32,000 nucleotides of DNA from Saprospiraceae bacterium (GCA_044350425.1 JBILHS010000031.1:13637-45636), one strand, 5' to 3'; shown: positions 9,427 through 18,503, counted from the first letter of the stretch. Notes: generated from the sequence alone by a model not told the origin. Numbers and translations are program-made.

Positions 9427-10716
9427 TCAAAGTCTCCAATATTCAATTTCAGGGTCTAAGTGCTCGTAAAGGCCTTTCAGGTCCATTAAAATAGGGTTTT
9501 TGCCCATGATGGACTTGAAAAATGCGCTGTCAAAACTCCGGTAAACATCATGTGCGACGGCCACCACGACGGCATCGTAACCTGTGGATATTTGGTCGCG
9601 GAGTATTAAATTGTATTCCTGGGCGACCTCGTTTGCTTGGGCGTTTGAATCAACGATTTGTACCTCAATAGAAAAATCTTCGAGTTCGCGAATCAGGGCA
9701 GCGACTTTCGAGTTTCTGATATCTGATACGTTTTCTTTGAAGGTAATGCCAAGTACAAGCACTTTAGACTGGTGTGGGCTTTTGTCTTTTTTCAGGAGTA
9801 ATTGCACTAGTTTTTTAGCCACCCAGGCAGGCATTCCATCATTGACCCTGCGACCGCTCAGAATGACCTGAGGTTCGTAACCCATTTCGATGGATTTGTG
9901 CATCAGGTAATACGGATCAACTCCGATACAATGGCCGCCAACCAGTCCGGGGTAGAATTTCAGAAAATTCCATTTCGTACCGGCAGCTTTGATCACCTCT
10001 TGGGTATCGATGCCCATCCGGTCGAAGATGATGGCAAGTTCATTCATCAGCGAGATGTTGAGATCCCGCTGGGTATTCTCGATCACCTTCGCTGCTTCTG
10101 CCACTTTTATGTTGCTGGCACGATAAATTCCAGCCTTAATGATGTGACCATAAACCTGAGCAATTTCATTCAACGCTTCTTCGTCAGATCCACTTACAAT
10201 TTTTACGATTTGACTCAGGGGCTTGGTTTTGTCGCCCGGATTGATGCGTTCAGGGGAGTAGCCAAGTTTAAAATCCTGTCCAAGTCTTAGTCCGGATGAT
10301 TTTTCAAGAATGGGAAGGCAGTCCTCTTCCGTACATCCAGGATACACGGTGGATTCATACACCACGTAATCGCCTTTTTTTAGGACATTTCCGATGTGGG
10401 TCGAGGCTTTCTTTAGTGGATTTAGGTTGGGCACCTTGTATTCATCAATGTCGGTAGGAACCGCCACAACAAAAAAATGAGCTTCGGCCAGATCCTCCAG
10501 GCGATCAGAAAAAAGTATGTCCCGACCTGCGAATACGTCCGGCCCCAGTTCACGGCTGGGATCTTCTCCGCGTTGCATCATGGCAATGCGCTCACTATCA
10601 ATATCATAACCAATCACACGGAAATCCAACGCAAATTCTAATGCAATAGGCAGCCCTACGTACCCGAGGCCGATTACGGCAAGCGTTTTTTCCTTTTTTA
10701 GTAATGATTGGTACAT
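9427..10716 (-). CDS. UDP-N-acetyl-hexosamine 6-dehydrogenase (nucleotide-sugar dehydrogenase, WbpA/TviB family)
   Basis: MYQSLLKKEKTLAVIGLGYVGLPIALEF Rossmann start at ATG 10716. The ORF-track N-terminal extension to 10899 overlaps the NUDIX gene and has no family similarity. TGA stop. Confidence 0.88.
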   Translation of the reverse strand: MYQSLLKKEKTLAVIGLGYVGLPIALEFALDFRVIGYDIDSERIAMMQRGEDPSRELGPDVFAGRDILFSDRLEDLAEAHFFVVAVPTDIDEYKVPNLNPLKKASTHIGNVLKKGDYVVYESTVYPGCTEEDCLPILEKSSGLRLGQDFKLGYSPERINPGDKTKPLSQIVKIVSGSDEEALNEIAQVYGHIIKAGIYRASNIKVAEAAKVIENTQRDLNISLMNELAIIFDRMGIDTQEVIKAAGTKWNFLKFYPGLVGGHCIGVDPYYLMHKSIEMGYEPQVILSGRRVNDGMPAWVAKKLVQLLLKKDKSPHQSKVLVLGITFKENVSDIRNSKVAALIRELEDFSIEVQIVDSNAQANEVAQEYNLILRDQISTGYDAVVVAVAHDVYRSFDSAFFKSIMGKNPILMDLKGLYEHLDPEIEYWRL

Positions 10717-10772
10717 ACAAGGGCGTTCCTGATATTCGGCCGCAAAGTTACTCGATAGTGGATTGGTTTCAC

Positions 10773-11237
10773 TCACACATCCTGATGTCGGCCTAAATAA
10801 ACCACCCCGATGGTTCCATCCAGGGCTTCCCAAAATTCGGAGGTACCCAGCATTCGGCTCATGGGCACTTCCGAACCTTGAATATTGGAAGCTGACCACC
10901 AGGCTACCCCATGAATGTTGTCGTCTTCCATGATATTGTCCAGATGAATATTATCCGGGTGCTCATCCAGAGCCAGCTGACACTCAATAATGAGCGTTAC
11001 TGCAAACAGATCCGGCGCAAGGTATTCACTGATGAAACGAAGGTCACGCGCCTCCACCCTTAAACCAGTCTCCTCCCAGACCTCCCGCTCCACGCCACGA
11101 AAAATATCAGCGTCGGTAGGCTCCAGACGCCCACCCGGGATACTCCAACGTCGGACCCCATGACGGTTTTGCTGTTGGATGAGTAAGATCTCATCGCCCC
11201 TTCGGACCAGGCCTGCTACGCGGATTCTATGCACCAT
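10773..11237 (-). CDS. NUDIX hydrolase
   Basis: Nudix box GGRLEPTDADIFRGVEREVWEETGL. 154 aa, ATG at 11237. Confidence 0.85.
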   Translation of the reverse strand: MVHRIRVAGLVRRGDEILLIQQQNRHGVRRWSIPGGRLEPTDADIFRGVEREVWEETGLRVEARDLRFISEYLAPDLFAVTLIIECQLALDEHPDNIHLDNIMEDDNIHGVAWWSASNIQGSEVPMSRMLGTSEFWEALDGTIGVVYLGRHQDV

Positions 11238-11243
11238 GTTCTA

Positions 11244-11285
11244 GATGTATGAGGTATGATGTATGATGTATGATGTATGATGTGT
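11244..11285. repeat. Six heptamers GATGTAT (variants GAGGTAT, GATGTGT)
   Basis: Counted by hand. On the minus strand it reads ATACATC and ends 6 nt upstream of the NUDIX ATG. Confidence 0.95.
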
Positions 11286-11436
11286 TTTTGGGGTAGTTGG
11301 GGGCAAATTTGGGTAGCCTGTTTTTTGATCTGTATCAAACAACTATTTTTTTTCCAAAAAGATTCTCATCGGACTACTTTTGAGGCTCCTTGTGTGACCC
11401 AAGTCAGGCTTACAGTCCTAAAGCCAAGCCAGATTC

Positions 11437-11500
11437 CAACATCATACATCATACATCATACATCATACATCATAGTTCATACATCATACATCCCTACATC
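11437..11500. repeat. About nine heptamers ATACATC (variants CAACATC, ATAGTTC), the inverted partner of 11244-11285
   Basis: Counted by hand. It abuts the GTG start at 11501 with no gap. Confidence 0.95.
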
Positions 11501-13063
11501 GTGTCAAAAAAAGATTCTTTCGTCGCGGCCATTCAAGCTGGCTATACCTTTTCAGGGGCTAATATCGTGTTGGGTGGCGCAATGTTGGATGCTGAAGCAA
11601 TCCCAGGCCTCCAGATTAAAGTTCCGCTGCGCACCATGAACCGTCACGGCCTGATTGCCGGGGCTACAGGAACAGGAAAAACTAAAAGCCTGCAGGTGAT
11701 TGCGGAGCAACTTGCGGCCAACGGAGTGCCTTCACTGTTGATGGATATCAAAGGAGACCTGAGTGGTATCGCTATGCCAGGTACGGATAATCCGAAAATT
11801 ACGGAACGTGCCGGAAAAATCGGTATCACCTGGCATGGCACAGGTAATTCTGTAGAGTTTCTGAGTCTTTCAGGTGAAAAGGGCGTTCGGTTGCGCGCCA
11901 CGATCAGCGAATTTGGCCCGGTATTGTTTTCCCGTATTCTGGGGCTGAATGATACACAGGGTGGGGTAGTATCGGTCGTTTTTAAATATTGTGACGACCG
12001 GAGTCTTCCGCTCCTCGACCTGAAGGATTTTAAAAAAGTACTGCAGTTTCTAGGCAACGAAGGAAAGGCTGAGATGGAAGCAGAATTTGGACAGTTCTCC
12101 AGCGCTACAGCCGGCACGATTCTCCGTAAAGTGGTAGAACTAGAACAGCAAGGTGCGGAGACCTTTTTTGGTGAAGTTTCTTTTGATGTACATGATCTGG
12201 CACGAATGGATGAAAATGGCCGGGGTGTCATTAGTGTCGTTAGATTAACAGATATACAGGATCGCCCTAAGCTATTCAGTACTTTCATCCTGCAAATGCT
12301 GGCGGAGATTTATGCTTCCTTTCAGGAAAAGGGTGATGTGGAACAGCCAGAACTTTGCATTTTTATTGATGAGGCGCACCTGGTGTTTCAGGAAGCCAGT
12401 CCTGCTTTGATGCAGCAGATGGAGGCGATCATCAAACTGGTGCGCTCCAAAGGGGTAGGTATTTTCTTTATCACCCAAAACCCGATCGATATCCCGGAAA
12501 GCATCCTGGCGCAATTGGGTTTGAAGTTACAACACTCCCTCCGTGCTTTTACTGCCAAAGACCGAAAGGCGATCAAACTCGCTGCCGAAAACTATCCGAT
12601 TACAGATTATTACGACACTGAGGACCTGCTCACCAACCTGGGTATCGGTGAAGCCATCATTAGCGTACTCAATGAGAAAGGCATTCCCACGCCTCTGGCG
12701 CACACGCTCATGCGCCCACCCGAAAGCCGGATGGACATTCTCACCCCTACAGAAATTGACGGCATCATCAGCCGCTCTGCTCTGGTCCGAAAATACAATC
12801 AGGAGATAGATCGGGAGAGTGCCTATGAAATCCTGATGAGCAAAATAGCAGAAGTACAAGAGATACAAGCATCTCAACAACAGCAGGTTACGAGGGCAAA
12901 ACAGGAAAAAGAAGAGCCGGGTATGATAGAGACCATCGCCAAAGATCCGCTTGCCCGTCAGATCGGGCGAACAGTGGCTCGGGAACTCACCCGTGGTCTG
13001 CTGGGCGTCTTCGGATTGGGGGGCTCCAGTCGCTCCACCCGGAAGAAAACGGGCTGGTTTTAA
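11501..13063 (+). CDS. DUF853-family P-loop NTPase (HerA/YjgR-like ATPase)
   Basis: VSKKDSFVAAIQAGYTFSG... N-terminus typical of the family, and Walker A GLIAGATGTGKTKSLQ. GTG 11501 is the first start after the repeat-derived HTSYII pseudo-translation. TAA stop. Confidence 0.85.
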   Translation: MSKKDSFVAAIQAGYTFSGANIVLGGAMLDAEAIPGLQIKVPLRTMNRHGLIAGATGTGKTKSLQVIAEQLAANGVPSLLMDIKGDLSGIAMPGTDNPKITERAGKIGITWHGTGNSVEFLSLSGEKGVRLRATISEFGPVLFSRILGLNDTQGGVVSVVFKYCDDRSLPLLDLKDFKKVLQFLGNEGKAEMEAEFGQFSSATAGTILRKVVELEQQGAETFFGEVSFDVHDLARMDENGRGVISVVRLTDIQDRPKLFSTFILQMLAEIYASFQEKGDVEQPELCIFIDEAHLVFQEASPALMQQMEAIIKLVRSKGVGIFFITQNPIDIPESILAQLGLKLQHSLRAFTAKDRKAIKLAAENYPITDYYDTEDLLTNLGIGEAIISVLNEKGIPTPLAHTLMRPPESRMDILTPTEIDGIISRSALVRKYNQEIDRESAYEILMSKIAEVQEIQASQQQQVTRAKQEKEEPGMIETIAKDPLARQIGRTVARELTRGLLGVFGLGGSSRSTRKKTGWF

Positions 13064-13141
13064 TATAAAGCCAAAATAAACGGGAGTCATCCCGAATTTT
13101 GGGTTATGCCCGTCCCTCTGGGACGAGGGTAAACCAGTGCT

Positions 13142-13939
13142 TTAATTTACACTAAGTCGCCTGGTAAATACGCCCTCCGCTGTTTGTAAGATCACCTGGT
13201 ATATCCCTTTGGTATTCAGGGCACTCGATGGAATTTCAAACCTGTTTTCACCGACGGTCACCTGGATGTTTTGCTCCAATATTATTTGTCCAAGTGCGTT
13301 CGTAACCATGAGTTGCCGGGTTCCGGATTCGCTGGAATCAAGGATCAGTGTGCTTGCGGAAAGTGTCGGATTGGGGGATAACTGGAAGCTTTGAGGGCTT
13401 TTTATCGGTGTATTTAAATAGCTGCTTTTTGGCAGGATTTTGATGTATCCGGGTATGCAGCCGGCTTGCGACCAGACATCTACACTGGAACAATTATAGG
13501 CCTCCGCTAACCCAGCACTAGGAGGTATTCCATTTGAGCCTGCCATTATAATCGAAAAGCTTCCTTCCGTGCCAATTGCCTGGAAGCAAATTTCGTACAT
13601 GATCACGTCATCAGCTACGGTCACACAACTTCCAGTTGGGGACGCCCATGCTAGATACAAGGTGTTTTGAGATGTTTGTAACAAAAAAATATTTCCGCTC
13701 ATCCCGGGCACCTGGATATTTTGCACCCCGGAAAAGGTTAATATGGAGCCATCCCATTCGAGAGCATACTGAAAACTTACGATATCAACAAATCCCTTTG
13801 CTCTGACCGGAATGCATACGTTTGAACCGCTCTGAACCTCGGCGCTGTCAATCACAACACTGAAGCCCTGAGCATAGAGATCGATCGTAAACAAAGAAAG
13901 TAAACCAATCGTAAGGAGGGTAGTAAATCGGAATTTCAT
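13142..13939 (-). CDS. Secreted cohesin-like domain protein with a T9SS C-terminal sorting domain (paralog 1 of 3)
   Basis: Signal peptide MKFRFTTLLTIGLLSLFTIDLYAQ, a cohesin-like beta-sandwich (VCIPVRAKGFVDIVSFQYALEWDGSILTF) and a Por_Secre_tail-type C-terminus (FQLSPNPT...LMVTNALGQIILEQ...GIYQVILQT). Confidence 0.8.
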   Translation of the reverse strand: MKFRFTTLLTIGLLSLFTIDLYAQGFSVVIDSAEVQSGSNVCIPVRAKGFVDIVSFQYALEWDGSILTFSGVQNIQVPGMSGNIFLLQTSQNTLYLAWASPTGSCVTVADDVIMYEICFQAIGTEGSFSIIMAGSNGIPPSAGLAEAYNCSSVDVWSQAGCIPGYIKILPKSSYLNTPIKSPQSFQLSPNPTLSASTLILDSSESGTRQLMVTNALGQIILEQNIQVTVGENRFEIPSSALNTKGIYQVILQTAEGVFTRRLSVN

Positions 13940-14075
13940 GGTGAGATGGGTGGTTTAGTTAGATTATTATTGAAGGTCTGTAAATCAATGCGTTGGTTCT
14001 GCAGTACAATTTGAATTGCCAAAATGCAATGTAACAACCTAAATTAAGCCCATAGGGCATAGAAAGAGGCATGTT

Positions 14076-14879
14076 TTAGTTTCCGACATACAGCACCCGG
14101 GTTGTAACGCTTTCTTTAGTATACAAAGAAACCAGGTATAGCCCATTATTATTCAGGGCACTCGATGCGATCTCAAACCTGTTTTCACCGACGGTCACCT
14201 GGATGTTTTGCTCCAAAACAATTTGTCCAAGTGTATTTGTGACTACCAGATACTGGGTTCCGGCTTCAAGGGACTCCAGAATCAACGTTGATTCTGAATG
14301 AGTTGGGTTGGGGGATAACAGGAAGTTTTGATCTGCGTTTTGCGGCGCGATAGCACTGTTGGTCTTTGGCAGAATTTCAACGTGTCCGGGTACACAGCCT
14401 GCTTGCGACCAGATATCTTCAAATGAACAATTATAGGCCTCTGCTCCCCCAGCGCTAGGAGGTAGTCCAAGTGAGCCTGGTGTGATATTAGAAAAACTCC
14501 CTTCCGCGCCGATTGCCTGGAAGCAGACTTCATACATGATCGCATCATCTGTCATACTTCTGCAGCCTGAAAGTGAGTCAGACCATGCTATAATCAATGT
14601 GTTCGGCTTGCTTGGCGATAGTCCAAAATCATCTGCGTTCATCCCAGGGGCCTGAATATTTTGGACCCCGGAGAAAGCTAATACGGAGCCATTCCATTGG
14701 AGGGTATACTGAAAACTTGTGATATCAACAAACCCCTTTGCTCTAACTGGAACGCATACTGTGGAATCGGTCTGAACCTCGACGCTGTCAATCACAACAC
14801 TAAAACTCTGAGCGTAGAGGTTGATCGTAAACAAAGAAAAAAGTCCAACCGCGATAAGGGTAGAAAATCGGAAATTCAT
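14076..14879 (-). CDS. Secreted cohesin-like domain protein with a T9SS C-terminal sorting domain (paralog 2 of 3)
   Basis: Same architecture as 13142-13939, with roughly three-quarters identity by eye. Confidence 0.8.
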   Translation of the reverse strand: MNFRFSTLIAVGLFSLFTINLYAQSFSVVIDSVEVQTDSTVCVPVRAKGFVDITSFQYTLQWNGSVLAFSGVQNIQAPGMNADDFGLSPSKPNTLIIAWSDSLSGCRSMTDDAIMYEVCFQAIGAEGSFSNITPGSLGLPPSAGGAEAYNCSFEDIWSQAGCVPGHVEILPKTNSAIAPQNADQNFLLSPNPTHSESTLILESLEAGTQYLVVTNTLGQIVLEQNIQVTVGENRFEIASSALNNNGLYLVSLYTKESVTTRVLYVGN

Positions 14880-14957
14880 GATGAGATGGTGGTTAAAATT
14901 AGATTATTTATGAGTGGTCTGTAAAAACACTTATGGTCCTGGAATACATTCGAGTAT

Positions 14958-15001
14958 ACAAAAATGCCCTGCAATGGCATGATATAAACACTGCAGGGCA
15001 T
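14958..15001 (-). terminator. Intrinsic terminator downstream of paralog 3
   Basis: Perfect 10-bp stem (atgccctgca 14964-14973 / tgcagggcat 14992-15001) with an 18-nt loop. It is followed on the minus strand by TTTTTG and lies 19 nt after the stop codon. Confidence 0.65.
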
Positions 15002-15019
15002 GAATGGACACATTTTCAA

Positions 15020-15814
15020 TTACTGCACACTCAGCATTTGGGTAGAAACACCCTCCGCTGTTTGCAAAGAAACCTGATACATTCCTTTGGCGTGGATGGC
15101 CGTGGCAGGGATCTCAAATTTGTTCTCGCCAGCCTTAACGGATACTTTCTGTTCGAAAACTGAACGGCCAAGGGCATCGGTGACTGATAGCATTGCAGTT
15201 CCGGATTTGGAAGACTGTAAAATTACCTGAGAGGCGGCTGCAGTTGGATTTGGGTACAATTGGAAACCTGAATTGCCAGATTTGCCGGCATCTGAAGTGC
15301 TGGCAGGCAGGGTTACATCGATCAATCCGGGTACACTCAAATTTGGATTCCAGATATTTTCTAAAACGCTGTTGTAAGCCTCAGCACCGCCTGAGCCAGG
15401 AGGGAATCCTTCGGATCCCGGACTAACCAGGGTGTTGCTACCCAATGGACCGACCACTTTAAAGCACACTTCGTAAAGTGAAGTTCCATCTGGCCGGCTT
15501 CTTGGCAAGCCGTCAACGTCAGCCCAACCTACCAGTAGCAATCCGGGGGTATTGCCTCCAAAATCAGAAGGCATCCATCCCGGCAAATTGTAATTCTGGG
15601 TGTGGTCAAAAGTTAAAACCTGAGGGTTCCAAGTAAGCGAGTATTGAAGACTGATGATGTCAACAAAGCCCTTTGCCCGTACCGGAAGGCAGACCACCTC
15701 ACCCACTTTGGCAGTGGCACTGTCTACTAGTACGCCGAAGCCCTGTGCGGAAAGATTGAAAGAAAAGAGTGTAAATAAGGCTCCGAAGGCGGGAGCAGAA
15801 AATCGGAAGATCAT
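15020..15814 (-). CDS. Secreted cohesin-like domain protein with a T9SS C-terminal sorting domain (paralog 3 of 3, more divergent)
   Basis: MIFRFSAPAFGALFTLFSFNLSAQ signal peptide, VCLPVRAKGFVDIISLQYSLTWNPQVLTF, and a C-terminal FQLYPNPT...GMYQVSLQT sorting domain. Confidence 0.8.
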   Translation of the reverse strand: MIFRFSAPAFGALFTLFSFNLSAQGFGVLVDSATAKVGEVVCLPVRAKGFVDIISLQYSLTWNPQVLTFDHTQNYNLPGWMPSDFGGNTPGLLLVGWADVDGLPRSRPDGTSLYEVCFKVVGPLGSNTLVSPGSEGFPPGSGGAEAYNSVLENIWNPNLSVPGLIDVTLPASTSDAGKSGNSGFQLYPNPTAAASQVILQSSKSGTAMLSVTDALGRSVFEQKVSVKAGENKFEIPATAIHAKGMYQVSLQTAEGVSTQMLSVQ

Positions 15815-16138
15815 TGCGGGAATAAATTGGTTGATAAGATGAAAGAAGTCAAATAGGGCGCAAAGGAAATGCCAGAGATTCGAATTTGCCGCGAAAGTGT
15901 CAGATATAAGTTCATTATTTTTGTAGTATTGGACGCGCTTCTATTTGCATATGCCCCTCAGCATAGCGCTTTTGTCTAAACTTCCTGTTTTCAAAGCACA
16001 AGGCGGTACTTTTGCCGTTAATAAAGACGGTCGCTCATTCCATGTGGGTTGCTGATTGTTTTTTAAAATTGATAACCGCTCTTGTCCAAGAAGCTCCAGG
16101 TAGGAAGCAATGGATGGAGCAAAAACTTTTTCACTGAC

Positions 16139-17845
16139 ATGATATTCAAAAAAAGGCTTCTCGTCGCTATCGCCTGTCTTCCGGGCATGCTTTTGTCGGC
16201 GCAAAGCAAAGCACCTGACAACTGGTTTAACCTAGATCCAACAGCGGATAAAGTGAACGGAACGGGTGGCGATGCGGCGATTCAATTGCTGAAAAGTAAA
16301 AGTAAAAAAAGCCAAACGGTCATCGTGGCTGTTCTGGACTCTGGAGTAGAGGTTGACCATGAGGACCTAAAGGATGTGATCTGGACCAATCCGGGTGAAA
16401 TTCCGGGTAACAAAAAGGATGATGACAACAATGGCTATGTGGATGACATCCATGGTTGGAACTTCCTCGCAGGCCCCGGTGGCAATGTAAACCACGAGAC
16501 CCTCGAGCTTACCCGCGAATACGCGCGACTAAAAAAGCGCTTCGATGGCACGGACCCGAAAAATCTTCATGGCGACGCTGCGGCTGAGTACAAGACCTGG
16601 ATGAAGGTCAAAGAAGATTTTGAGGCCCAGCGTGCTGAAGCGGTGAGTGGAATGGAAAATGCAACCAAACAACTCAAACCCATCGAAGATGCTTTCAATG
16701 GAGTTGAAAAAGCGCTAGCAGGCAAAGAGCTCAATGCTGACAATGTTGCAGCCATCAATGTCACCGGAAACGATGACTTGAAAAAGTCTGTGGAAATCAT
16801 CAAAGCAGTCATGGGGCAGGGACTGTCTTCAAGAAAAGATCTGGATGATGCTAAAAAAGAGGCTTCTGAGTTCTTCTACAACCAGGTGGAGTTTCAGCTC
16901 AACCCGGACTACAATGCCCGTGCTATGGTCGGTGATGATCCAACTGACCTTAAAAATCGTTTTTACGGCACCAATGAATACGAAGGCCCGGATGCTTTCC
17001 ACGGCACACACGTGGCGGGTATCATCGCTGCCAATCGCAACAACAACATTGGCATTCGCGGTGTGGCGGACAACGTGCGTATCATGACCGTGCGTTGTGT
17101 ACCAGACGGTGACGAACGTGACAAGGACGTAGCCAACGCGATCTACTATGCCGTAGACAATGGTGCCAGTGTGATTAATATGTCCTTTGGCAAATCTTAC
17201 AGCCCTGATAAGTGGTATGTAGACCAGGCCATGCGTTATGCTGCGGAACATGACGTTCTGCTCGTTCATGCTGCTGGCAACAGTTCTGCCAACAACGATG
17301 CAGAAGGTAATTTCCCCAATGACGAGCTGCAAAAGCCTGTCAAAAAGGGTCTTTTCGGCAAAGAAAAGCGCATTTATACCTGGATGGAGATCGGTGCACT
17401 CGGCTGGAAATCTGGTGATAAGCGCGTAGCCAGCTTCTCGAACTATGGTAAAAAGAATGTAGACCTGTTCTCACCTGGCGTACAGCTTCAATCTACCATC
17501 CCTGATGGTAAATATGGTCCGGCCAGCGGTACTTCCATGGCGAGCCCTGCAGCAGCAGGTGTAGCTGCATTGATCCGCTCCTACTATCCTGACTTGTCTG
17601 CCGTACAGGTAAAGCATATCATGGAGACCTCTGTAGTGAAGCAAGATGGCGAGGTTATCAAACCTGGCACTACCGAAAAAGTGAAATTTACGGAACTCTG
17701 TGTGAGCGGCGGAACAGTTAGTGCAACCAACGCAGTGGCTTTGGCAGAAACAACCAAAGCAGCTAAGAAGTCTAAAAAAGCGATCTGGCGTGAAGCTGGT
17801 CTGGGAAAACCTAAAAAGGTCCTGGGCAAAGAGCCACGTGCTTAA
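16139..17845 (+). CDS. S8-family (subtilisin-like) serine peptidase, secreted
   Basis: Catalytic triad contexts VAVLDSGVEVDHEDL, HGTHVAGIIAA and GTSMASPAAAGVAALI. The signal peptide MIFKKRLLVAIACLPGMLLSAQ starts at ATG 16139. The TTG at 16082 in the ORF track is less likely. Confidence 0.9.
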   Translation: MIFKKRLLVAIACLPGMLLSAQSKAPDNWFNLDPTADKVNGTGGDAAIQLLKSKSKKSQTVIVAVLDSGVEVDHEDLKDVIWTNPGEIPGNKKDDDNNGYVDDIHGWNFLAGPGGNVNHETLELTREYARLKKRFDGTDPKNLHGDAAAEYKTWMKVKEDFEAQRAEAVSGMENATKQLKPIEDAFNGVEKALAGKELNADNVAAINVTGNDDLKKSVEIIKAVMGQGLSSRKDLDDAKKEASEFFYNQVEFQLNPDYNARAMVGDDPTDLKNRFYGTNEYEGPDAFHGTHVAGIIAANRNNNIGIRGVADNVRIMTVRCVPDGDERDKDVANAIYYAVDNGASVINMSFGKSYSPDKWYVDQAMRYAAEHDVLLVHAAGNSSANNDAEGNFPNDELQKPVKKGLFGKEKRIYTWMEIGALGWKSGDKRVASFSNYGKKNVDLFSPGVQLQSTIPDGKYGPASGTSMASPAAAGVAALIRSYYPDLSAVQVKHIMETSVVKQDGEVIKPGTTEKVKFTELCVSGGTVSATNAVALAETTKAAKKSKKAIWREAGLGKPKKVLGKEPRA

Positions 17846-17875
17846 TTACTGCGTAACGATAAATGCATGTTGACT

Positions 17876-17924
17876 ATAGCGCCCTTTTGATCAGCTGATC
17901 AAAAGGGCGCTATTTTATTTTTTT
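17876..17924. terminator. Perfect 38-bp palindrome plus T-tract, terminating the S8 peptidase gene and possibly the convergent lipoprotein gene
   Basis: atagcgcccttttgatcag|ctgatcaaaagggcgctat (17876-17913); all 19 pairs were checked by hand. It is followed by tttatttttttat on the + strand and touches the minus-strand stop codon at 17915-17917. Confidence 0.75.
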
Positions 17925-18409
17925 ATCAACTCATTCAAAGGCGACTGTCGTTTCATTTTGATCGTTCGTTCGAAATTGGGTTTTTTCTGAACGGAGGTCC
18001 ACTCATCTTTACTGTTTTGGGTCCATTGAATGTTGTTCCAACCATCCCGAATGGGGTCAAGCTGAAAGGATTTTTTATCCAGCAAGACAGCCACCCATTC
18101 GCCATTGGGTCCCAGATAGAGATGGTTGTTCCTCCAATATACCCTGGAAAGATTGGTGCCAAAAGTGTCCTTTCCGTCAAATTGGTAAGAAACCACTTCC
18201 AGCGTGCTGTCTGTTGGGAAATGATAAGTCTGATAATAACCCGGGCCGGACACCTCACTTTTCCAGTTGCCCTCGATCCATCGGAGTTTTTGAAGATCTG
18301 ATTTTTTATAGATGGGTGGGTTTTGGGCATTGCCAGGCAATACAGGGGTTTCTTTGCAGGCAATGAGCATGCAAATGGAAAGCCCCAGGATCCAGAATTT
18401 TGTTGTCAC
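17915..18409 (-). CDS. Hypothetical lipoprotein
   Basis: From GTG 18409 the N-terminus reads MTTKFWILGLSICMLIAC with a lipobox LIAC. The TTG at 18439 is an alternative start. No recognisable domain. Confidence 0.55.
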   Translation of the reverse strand: MTTKFWILGLSICMLIACKETPVLPGNAQNPPIYKKSDLQKLRWIEGNWKSEVSGPGYYQTYHFPTDSTLEVVSYQFDGKDTFGTNLSRVYWRNNHLYLGPNGEWVAVLLDKKSFQLDPIRDGWNNIQWTQNSKDEWTSVQKKPNFERTIKMKRQSPLNELIKK

Positions 18410-18503
18410 AGGTGTAAAAGTTGAAGGATGAAAGTGCAAAGTTCTTAAAAGTCCGATTGCATTCTTTTAATTTGGCTACCAGATTTTTGAATGGTCAGCC
18501 AGA

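Noticed and set aside
9203-9439. ORF-track entry (78 aa, minus strand) reading NVVNKLNVVNKLNVVNKL...LTTFNTLTTFNTLTTF.
   Set aside because: It is the periodic translation of the 9/18-bp tandem arrays. It has no plausible start context and fills an intergenic junction, so it is not a gene.
10717-10899. A 61-codon N-terminal extension of the sugar dehydrogenase ORF.
   Set aside because: It overlaps the 3' end of the NUDIX gene and has no similarity to the family. The Rossmann fold begins right after ATG 10716.
11277-11500. ORF 11277-11639 and the N-terminal extension of ORF 11390-13063, both containing HTSYIIHHTSYII.
   Set aside because: HTSYII is what the heptamer ATACATC yields over its 21-bp period. 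The DUF853 family N-terminus (SKKDSFVAAIQAGY) begins at GTG 11501, right after the array.
15916-15923. TATTTTTG, which matches the Bacteroidota -7 promoter consensus TAnnTTTG upstream of the S8 peptidase gene.
   Set aside because: I could not find a matching -33 element at the right spacing, and the motif would imply a leader of about 210 nt. An 8-mer in AT-rich DNA is too weak to call as a feature.
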